Part shown: piece after piece, positions 25,967 to 32,000 of the stretch | Layout: each line of letters starts with the position of its first letter | How positions within the stretch are numbered: position 1 is the first letter of the stretch | Position numbers and translations under genes: made by a program | DNA from: Gemmata obscuriglobus | GTDB lineage: Bacteria > Planctomycetota > Planctomycetia > Gemmatales > Gemmataceae | Reading direction: 5' to 3' | DNA: 32,000 nt | NCBI RefSeq assembly: GCF_008065095.1 | Contig: NZ_CP042911.1 | Location: 5,370,001-5,402,000 of the forward strand | The notes under the pieces: model-generated | Told to the model about the DNA's origin: nothing | What the model saw: the letters and a program-made list of their open reading frames with translations, nothing else | The model's database searches: none

Positions 25967-27024
25967 GGGATATCCGTCTTCCAGCAGCTTCGACTTGCCC
26001 CGGACAAACGCCGTCGCGGCTTGGCCCCCGGGACCGAACACCGCCTTCGCCCCGCTGGCGAGGTACTCCGCCCCATGCCAGAAGTCGAGGACCTGGGTCG
26101 CGTCACGGAAGTGCTGCTCGGACACGTTCCACAACCACTCGGCCCCATCCCCCAGTACCGTCATTTGGCTCGAATCGGTCCACTCCAGTCGCGTGGCCTC
26201 GTCGTGACACCGCTTCCCGAACAGGCTCGCCTCCTCCACGGCCGCGATCACCGACCGCGCCAACGGGGTTGGCAGGTCGCGTCCCTCCCAGTCCATCGCC
26301 GTGGTCGGCGCACTTCGCTCGCGCCGGGCAAAAACGGCCATCTTGAGATCCCGCCAACCGTCCTCCACAGTGTTGACCTTGCCCGCGTCGATGTGCAACT
26401 CGCTGTCCACCGGCCGCTCGGTCCTGGCCGCGGCTTGGGCTCGGGTGAAGACTTCAGCGGTCGAGCGGTGTTGCCGGGTGGCGGTGGCCTGGGCCGCCGT
26501 GGCGTGGCAGAGTTGCCGGATGGTGTTGTCGTCCAATTCCCAGCCGACCACCTCGGCCAGAGTCACTTCGGCTTTGGCGAAGGACTGTTGGACGCCCAGC
26601 AAGACGGCCATCCGACAGGCGCCCGGGGTGACGTAGCCGCTGAGGCCCAGCCCGCGATCGGCTCCGAACTCGCCTTGCCCGCAAGTGGGGCAGTGGAAAT
26701 ACCTCCGCTCCAGCTCAATCGGACCAACGGCGGTCACAACCGTTCGGGTGTGCGGTCCTTTGGAGCGCCCGGGGTGCGTCTTCGCGCAGGTGCGGGCGCG
26801 CCCCCTTTTTGCTCGTCCTTCTCGATCCGTGAACCCAAGGCGGCACCGAGTGTGGTCCGCAACAGTTTGCGCCCTTGATCGAGTGCATGCTTCTCGCAGG
26901 CGGCCAGGACCGTGCCGTCGGGAGCTTCTTGGGCCAGACGATTCAGGTCCGTGAAATAGCCCAGCAGTTGTTCCAAGGCCAACCGTTCGGATTCGGTACT
27001 GTATTCTATAGTCAGCGTCGGCAT
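25967..27024 (-). pseudogene. ISKra4-like transposase, N-terminal and central fragment, with an internal frame break
   Basis: ATG 27024 (MPTLTIEYSTESERLALEQLL...) is preceded by GGGAGGG. This frame stops at 26734. The -1 frame continues with TVVTAVGPIELERRYFHCPTCGQGEFGADRGLGL...LGDGAEWLWN...VLDFWHGAEYL...KLLEDGYP, up to the nested insertion. Confidence 0.7.
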
Positions 27025-27267
27025 CAGCATCCCTCCCAGATTGCCACGGCTTCCCCAGCCGGCTCCCATACCGTTCACAAATGCCAAAATCCAGAGGGGC
27101 ACCCGTGTCCGGGCGACACGTGCCGCGCCGAAGGCCGATCCCGAAAAGAAACAGTGATTATTAGATATTTTCGATAGTCGCGAGCAGAAAGATCTGTCGA
27201 CAAGAAGTGCTGGGCGTGTCACTGCCACCGCCGGATCGGTTGCGAGTGCCCGTCTTGGGCTGATACC

Positions 27268-27337
27268 CTTGTGGCACAAACCTTCCTGTCGGTGCTGCCG
27301 TCTCGCGCCGCACGGACAAAAAGGTTCGTCCCACAAG
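27268..27337. repeat. REP-like palindromic element, copy 3 (degenerate)
   Basis: CTTGTGGCACAAACCTTCCTGTCGGTGC (27268-27295) and GCACGGACAAAAAGGTTCGTCCCACAAG (27310-27337). It has the same TTGTGGCAC...CCTGTC...GTGC framework and a TCTCGC-type loop as copies 1 and 2, but more mismatches. It lies 94 nt downstream of the TPR gene stop. Confidence 0.65.
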
Positions 27338-27430
27338 AAACAGGCACAACTACCTGGACCGTGTATCAGAAGATGCCCGGCCCGGCGGTCACATGAGCCA
27401 TGCCTTCAAACCCGGACCCAAATCCCGCGC

Positions 27431-30106
27431 TCATCCTTTCAGGCGCGTCAGCGCCTCCTTCGCCTCCCAGTATTTCGGGTGCTCCTCAAACGCGGTCACC
27501 GCGTTGTAGAACTTCGCGGCGTTCGCCGGGTCGCCCAGCGCCTCGTAGCACCTGGCGATGTTGAACAGCGTGTCGGCCCCGCTCTTGTGGTACTCCTTGT
27601 AGTCCGAGTACGCTTTCAGCGCAAGATCCGGTCGACCCAACTCCTCCAGGTACAACTGTCCGAGAAGCCGGGTCGCATTGTACCACGCCTCCTCTTCGTC
27701 GCCGGACCCTTTCGCGGTCTCGCGCACATCTTCCAGGAGTTGCACCCCGCCGTCGCGGTTGCCCACCCGGAGCAGGCAGCGGGCCTCGACCAGCCGCACC
27801 CGGTTGCTGGTCGGCTCGATCACCTTGGCGAGCCGGGTCAGGTGCGTGGCCCAGTCGAGCAGGTCGGCGTCGGCCTCGGCCCGGTTCAGCACCGCCATCG
27901 CCTTCTTTACGCAGTACGCAACATCGAACCACTTCCCCACCCGCTCGCGCGCCGCGGTCAGTTGCTCCACCGTGACCGAGTAGTAGTACGAGTCCTTCTT
28001 GCGCAGCAGGTCGGCGTCGAGGCTGCTGTACGCAAGGGCCGCTTCGACGTTCACCACGGCGTTGAGCGTGTGGTTCGGCACGCCGCGCATCTTGCCGTAC
28101 AGCTCCGCGATCTTGCGGTAGGCTTCGAGAACGGCCCCGCCGCCGTCGTCGCGATAGAGCTGCAGGTCGGCGACCGCCGATTCGTAATACGGGCGTGCTT
28201 CGGCGTCTTTCGCTTCGCGGGCCGCGCGGTCGCCCGCGGCTTCGGCTGCGTCCGCCTGGCCCTTGATCGCGTCGCCCTCGGCTTCCGCGGTTGAGGCGAG
28301 CCGCCGCAGGGCGTTCAGGTATATCTCCCGCTGCTCTTTCGCGAGGTTACGCGGGCCGAACGTGCGGGCGCTGATCTTGATCTGTTCGAGGCACCCTCTG
28401 GCGCTCGTGGCGTCGCCGTACTTCTCGGCCACATCGGACAACTTCTTGAAGATCCCCGGCGCGCGGTCCGGGAGCCCACGGCCCGCCATCCGGAGGTACC
28501 CCAGCCCGCGCTCGCGACGTTCCGGGTCGTTGTCGTCGGCGAGCTGGTAGCCGAGTTGCTCGACGTACTCGTAGCTGAAATCCGCCGGCGCCCCGGCGGT
28601 CGCGACGGCCGCGACGAACTCGCCCTCTTGAAGCTCCGCGTACAAGACGGTGCGGTACTCCTTCGCCTTATCGTTACCGGGGTCCGCTTTGAGCTTGCGC
28701 TCGACGGCCCCGATCGCCTCCATGCGGCGGCCGGGTTTGTTCAGCTCGCGCCACCCCAGTCGGTCCGAGAGGCCCTTCGGGCCGTCGATCGCGAGGGACC
28801 AGGCGTCGAACAGCAGCGGGCCGCGCACGGCGGGGTGGTACCCCGGGGTTTCGGGGCTCAGCAGCCGTGCCAGTGTTTCCGCCGCGGCGTCGTACTGCTT
28901 CGAGTGGACGAACGCGATCGCCCGCAGGTACTCGACCCGCGCGAGGTACACCGGCTTCTTCTGCTCGACGAGTTCGAGGAACCGCCCCGCCTCCTCGCGC
29001 CCGGCGGGGGTCGGCGGGGTCATCAGTAGCGCGGTCGCGCGGTCCAGGCAGAGTTTGAAGTCGAGATCGGCGATGAGGTCGGGGTAACGCTCAAGCGTGA
29101 CGAGGTTAATACCGTTGTGAAGCTGACGCATACCTTCGCTCGCCAGCTCGCTGTTCGGGTTCAGTTCGAGCGCGCGCCGGAAGAACTTGAGCGCCAGCCC
29201 GAGTTGCCCGTGGTGCATGTAGCTGAACCCGCGGAGGACGTGCTTGAACACCCGCAGCCCCGGGAGAATGCGGATCGCGTACACCCCGTACAGGGTGACC
29301 GGCAGCAGGAACGGAGCCGCCCCGCTCACCCCCGGCAGCCCCGTGGCGAAACCGAGCAGGTGCAGCGCCACCCCAAGGCCCGCGCAGATGGTCATGATCT
29401 CCACTTCGGACTCTTCCGCCTCCCCACTGAACGTGAGCAGGTAGAAGAAGGGCAACCCGAGCAGCAAGTAGATGCCGAGGTTCTGGCGCGCCTCGGGGCT
29501 GGCGAAGAACGAGACCAACTTGTCCGGGTCTGCGGGGTCGTTGGCCGACACCTTGATGTCGAGGAGGTACGTCGAGGCGATGTACACCAGCAGCGCCGCT
29601 GCGCCGGCACCAGCCGCCAGGCGCCACATCCCGTCTTCGATCTGGCGCATCCGGTACAAGCCGAACCCCAGGACCGCGCCGCCGACCGCGCAGAACCCGA
29701 GCCAATCGCCGACGGGCGGGTTGTGCTTGATCTCGGCCCAGCTCAAGCCGAACAGCTCCGCGAGCGGCTGCGCCCACGGTTGCGCGAAGTCGCGCCCCGA
29801 GAGCACGCCCGCGGTCAGCCCGATCATAATGCCCGAGTAGATGAACACCGGGCTCTCGAGCAGCACCAGAAGCGGAAACGCCTTCCAGTTGTCCCACGGC
29901 TTCACGCCGCGCCGCATCAGCCGGCCGGTGCCCAGCGCGAGTCCCACGGCGAGGCCGGTGCCGACCCACCCGAGCACCCACGCGATGTCCCGCCAGGCTT
30001 CGGCAGGGCTGGTGGGCACTTGGAGCGCGAAAAAGATCCAGAGACCGAAGAACAGGCCCTTGAGGACGTACTCGTTGCGGTGCCAAGGGGTCATGATCGG
30101 TTTCAC
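27431..30106 (-). CDS. Large membrane-anchored TPR-repeat protein
   Basis: The N-terminal ~290 aa have multiple hydrophobic helices (GLFFGLWIFFALQV, LGWVGTGLAVGLALG, LLVLLESPVFIYSGIMIGLTAGVL, FCAVGGAVLGFGLY, AAALLVYIASTYLL, IYLLLGLPFFYLLTF, ICAGLGVALHLLGF, FLLPVTLYGVYAI). The remaining ~600 aa are TPR-like helical repeats (LALKFFRRALELNPN..., ARCYEALGDPANAAKFYNAVTAFEEHPKYWEAKEAL). The start is GTG 30106 or ATG 30094. Confidence 0.8.
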   Translation of the reverse strand: MKPIMTPWHRNEYVLKGLFFGLWIFFALQVPTSPAEAWRDIAWVLGWVGTGLAVGLALGTGRLMRRGVKPWDNWKAFPLLVLLESPVFIYSGIMIGLTAGVLSGRDFAQPWAQPLAELFGLSWAEIKHNPPVGDWLGFCAVGGAVLGFGLYRMRQIEDGMWRLAAGAGAAALLVYIASTYLLDIKVSANDPADPDKLVSFFASPEARQNLGIYLLLGLPFFYLLTFSGEAEESEVEIMTICAGLGVALHLLGFATGLPGVSGAAPFLLPVTLYGVYAIRILPGLRVFKHVLRGFSYMHHGQLGLALKFFRRALELNPNSELASEGMRQLHNGINLVTLERYPDLIADLDFKLCLDRATALLMTPPTPAGREEAGRFLELVEQKKPVYLARVEYLRAIAFVHSKQYDAAAETLARLLSPETPGYHPAVRGPLLFDAWSLAIDGPKGLSDRLGWRELNKPGRRMEAIGAVERKLKADPGNDKAKEYRTVLYAELQEGEFVAAVATAGAPADFSYEYVEQLGYQLADDNDPERRERGLGYLRMAGRGLPDRAPGIFKKLSDVAEKYGDATSARGCLEQIKISARTFGPRNLAKEQREIYLNALRRLASTAEAEGDAIKGQADAAEAAGDRAAREAKDAEARPYYESAVADLQLYRDDGGGAVLEAYRKIAELYGKMRGVPNHTLNAVVNVEAALAYSSLDADLLRKKDSYYYSVTVEQLTAARERVGKWFDVAYCVKKAMAVLNRAEADADLLDWATHLTRLAKVIEPTSNRVRLVEARCLLRVGNRDGGVQLLEDVRETAKGSGDEEEAWYNATRLLGQLYLEELGRPDLALKAYSDYKEYHKSGADTLFNIARCYEALGDPANAAKFYNAVTAFEEHPKYWEAKEALTRLKG

Positions 30107-30360
30107 CCGGAGCAGATGGGGTGTGGTCCCGCCGGGTCGCCGGAAGGTCGGCGCGGGGCCACCTGATGACGGTCACTCCCGCGCTCGCGCGCCCGGAAGG
30201 TCGGGGCGGCCCGCGGGACCGGTAGGGAATGTCGAACGGTGTCACCATATCGCGCCCCGAGCGGTGGTGGTAGGGGTGGGGCCGGCGCAACGCGAATTGG
30301 TGCTTGACTCTGCTGCGCCGCGGCCCTAGACTCGTCCCGACTTTCCCGACGGGAACCCTC

Positions 30361-30888
30361 GTGCGCCTGCGCTCCCCCACCCTGCGGTTCGTGCTGACGG
30401 CCCTGGCCCTTTTGGGCCAGGTGGCGCCGTCGGTCGCGCACCCATTGGCAGCGCAGTTGCGGACCGGTGGCGCTGGCGGGTGCGCGGCCGGGTCGTGCGC
30501 CTGCGGTGCGGTCGAGAAGGCCCTTTCAGGGTGCTGCTGTTCCAAAGCACTCCCGCCAGTGCCGGCGGCCAAACGTTGCGGGGAGGCCGCCCCGAAGGTC
30601 AAGAAGTCCTCGTGTTGCGCATCAGCAAAAGACGAATCACCCCGCCCCACCGTCAAACCAGCCGCACGAGAACCGCTCCGCATCACCGCCGGCAACAACT
30701 GCCGTTGCGAGAAGCCAGCGAAAGCCGCCACGAGCGAGCCAACCGCACCGCCCCCGAGCGGCGTGATCGTGGTACTCTCGCTCGCCCCCGTTGTGCAAGC
30801 GGCGCGGTGGTCCGCCACGCCCACCGCCGTTCTCCACGCACCGCCCTTCCCTCCCCCGCGGTGCCCGACACTCCCGCCGAACCGGTGA
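30361..30888 (+). CDS. Cys-rich exported/membrane hypothetical protein
   Basis: GTG 30361: VRLRSPTLRFVLTALALLGQVAPSVAHP signal-like leader. About a dozen Cys residues occur in clusters (CAAGSCACG, GCCCSK, SSCCAS, NCRCEK), with a hydrophobic segment GVIVVLSLAPVV near the C-terminus. GC3 is high in this frame, while the overlapping 598-aa minus-strand ORF is R/P/G-rich junk. The start is uncertain (TTG 30304 in the track). Confidence 0.45.
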   Translation: MRLRSPTLRFVLTALALLGQVAPSVAHPLAAQLRTGGAGGCAAGSCACGAVEKALSGCCCSKALPPVPAAKRCGEAAPKVKKSSCCASAKDESPRPTVKPAAREPLRITAGNNCRCEKPAKAATSEPTAPPPSGVIVVLSLAPVVQAARWSATPTAVLHAPPFPPPRCPTLPPNR

Positions 30889-30949
30889 CGCCGCTCCCGC
30901 ACGGAGCGCTCTCGCTGTTCGCGCGGGTTCCCGTGAATACCACACGAAC

Positions 30950-31122
30950 GGCTCGCGTCTCAACCGGCGAGAGGCCGATGTTCACGGCCACCGACGTTGC
31001 GAACGGATCGCGAGAGGTGATTCTGTGAGAGGAACCCCACACTCTCGGTGATTGGAAACGATCCGACCGGGCGCCGCGACGGCGGTCCAGTCGGCGGCAG
31101 GTTCGATCCCTGCCGCGAGCCA
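30950..31122 (+). ncRNA. tRNA-like structured RNA candidate (four tRNA-type arms plus a ~105-nt insertion at the variable-arm position)
   Basis: Canonical T-arm GCAGG-TTCGATC-CCTGC (31097-31113). An 8-bp perfect acceptor-like pairing joins GGCTCGCG (30950-30957) and CGCGAGCC (31114-31121). The D-like arm is TCTC-AACCGGC-GAGA (30958-30972). The anticodon-like arm is GGCCG-ATGTTCA-CGGCC (30973-30989). It is not a canonical tRNA. Confidence 0.3.
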
Positions 31123-31154
31123 CTGGCTACCCTGAAAATGAAGTTTGTCCGCAT

Positions 31155-31188
31155 CTCGGCTCGGACCCCGAGCGGGGTCCGAGCCGAG
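31155..31188 (+). other. Perfect 15-bp GC-rich stem-loop (tetraloop GAGC)
   Basis: CTCGGCTCGGACCCC-GAGC-GGGGTCCGAGCCGAG. It lies 33 nt after the tRNA-like element and 109 nt before the cytochrome start codon. It is followed by AGCGTTTG, a poor T-tract. Confidence 0.6.
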
Positions 31189-31296
31189 AGCGTTTGCCCC
31201 GTGGGGCGCACCCACGGGAGCCAATACACTCCGCCGATCGGCCCGGGTGACGGTCGCCCGAACCGGTCGGCGGCCGTGTCTGTCAGGAGTGTTTCA

Positions 31297-31722
31297 ATGC
31301 AGAAGCTGATTCGGGCGAGCCTGTTCGCCGCCCTCGGCGCGGCAGCGGTCCTGTTCGCGTTCGGGAGCGTCACCGCGGCCCCGGCCGACGACAAACTGCC
31401 GGAAATCGCGGAGATTATGAAGAAGGGGCACGCCAAGACGGACGGTTACATCACCAAGGTCAAGGAAGCGGTCAAGGGCGGCAAGTGGGAGGACGCCCAG
31501 AAGTACGCCAAGGACATGAACATCTTGGGCGCCGCGATCGGCAAGAACAAGCCGCCGAAGGGCGACGACAAGTCGTGGAAGGCCCTGACCGACAAGTATG
31601 CCGATACGACCCAAAAGATCCTGAAGGGGACCGAAGACAAAGACGCTAAGGCCACTAACGCGGCCATCAGCACGATCAGCATGTCGTGCGGCGGGTGCCA
31701 CAGCAAGCACAAACCGAAATAA
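31297..31722 (+). CDS. Class II cytochrome c (cytochrome c-prime / c556-like four-helix-bundle type)
   Basis: ATG 31297 is preceded by CAGGAG 8 nt upstream. The signal peptide is MQKLIRASLFAALGAAAVLFAFGSVTAAPA. The mature part of ~115 aa is Lys/Ala-rich and helical, with a single CxxCH heme motif (CGGCHSKH) six residues from the C-terminus. That placement is the hallmark of class II c-type cytochromes. Confidence 0.75.
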   Translation: MQKLIRASLFAALGAAAVLFAFGSVTAAPADDKLPEIAEIMKKGHAKTDGYITKVKEAVKGGKWEDAQKYAKDMNILGAAIGKNKPPKGDDKSWKALTDKYADTTQKILKGTEDKDAKATNAAISTISMSCGGCHSKHKPK

Positions 31723-32000
31723 CCAAGCGGCCGGTGCGGCACGACCCGGCGGTTTTCGACTCGCCGGGCCGTGCTCCTTCTATCACCGCGACAATGGCAT
31801 TGGAATGGCATCATTGACAGCGGTACGAGCCCGGATGCCGACGATGCCGACACCTGAACTCACTGCCGCCACGGAATGAGGTCAAATCGAGCGCCCCGCG
31901 GGCGTATGATGGGTGAGCCGCGCAACTAACGTCACCCGGACCCGGAGAGCCGCCGTGCCGCTCAAGCAGGAGCAGCCCATGTTCGAACCCACCGAACCGA

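Larger units (their letters stand above)
24036..27104 (-). mobile_element. ISKra4-like insertion sequence (about 1463 bp originally), interrupted by a nested IS
   Basis: Perfect 22-bp terminal inverted repeats GGGTGCCCCTCTGGATTTTGGC (24036-24057) and its exact reverse complement (27083-27104). An exact 9-bp direct repeat GTGTCCGGG flanks the element (24027-24035 and 27105-27113). Confidence 0.8.

Noticed and set aside
27140-27215. A/T-rich patch just outside the ISKra4-like element (GAAAAGAAACAGTGATTATTAGATATTTTCGATAG...)
   Set aside because: It is unusual in composition, but I found no repeat, ORF or palindrome in it. It may be a remnant of foreign DNA or a promoter region, and there is not enough to call it.
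29106-30902. 598-aa minus-strand ORF
   Set aside because: It overlaps the TPR gene in a different frame and the Cys-rich ORF on the other strand. The sequence is R/P/G/A-rich with no domain-like features.
31030-31122. A canonical 75-95-nt tRNA (including tRNA-Sec, given the 8-bp acceptor plus 5-bp T-stem) ending at the T-arm
   Set aside because: No 5' acceptor strand matching G-[CT]-T-[CT]-G-[CT]-G lies at the right distance. There is no UCA anticodon in a proper loop and no 6-bp D-stem. Only the long 173-nt fold closes the acceptor, so I report it as tRNA-like rather than as a tRNA.
31955-32000. Possible gene start (GTG CCG CTC AAG CAG GAG CAG CCC ATG TTC GAA ...) at the right edge
   Set aside because: Only 15 codons are visible, so there is no way to judge coding potential or identity.

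Overview
GC-rich bacterial chromosomal DNA, most likely from a planctomycete of the Gemmata/Gemmataceae type. The basis is a prepilin-type DUF1559 protein with its small lipoprotein partner, WD40 and TPR proteins, and a strong G/C preference at codon position 3 that creates many long antisense shadow ORFs. I call about 27 protein genes. Left third: partial MFS transporter, EboE-like TIM-barrel protein, SDR + UxaE-like hexuronate pair, infA, WD40 protein, small unknown ORF, Nudix hydrolase, Ser/Thr kinase, class V aminotransferase, dnaB. Middle: two diverged ISAs1-family elements in head-to-tail tandem just upstream of dnaB. They are followed by an accessory-looking block: CPA2 antiporter, MarR, halogenase-like flavoprotein, FAH-family enzyme, alpha/beta hydrolase, DUF1348, CMD/AhpD-like protein, TetR, two signal-peptide DUF1559-like paralogues, lipoprotein, DUF1559. 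Right third: an ISKra4-like element split by a nested IS4-like element (both with exact target duplications), a large membrane-anchored TPR protein, a Cys-rich exported ORF, a tRNA-like structured RNA candidate and a class II (C-terminal CxxCH) cytochrome c. I saw no rRNA, canonical tRNA or CRISPR array. Worth a second look first: the tRNA-like fold with a ~105-nt insertion at the variable-arm position (30950-31122); the frame break shared by both ISAs1 copies; the REP-like hairpin family at gene 3' ends; and the perfect 20-bp palindrome between tetR and the CMD gene. I found no recognisable defence or secretion system. All functional calls come from motifs read by eye, without database searches.
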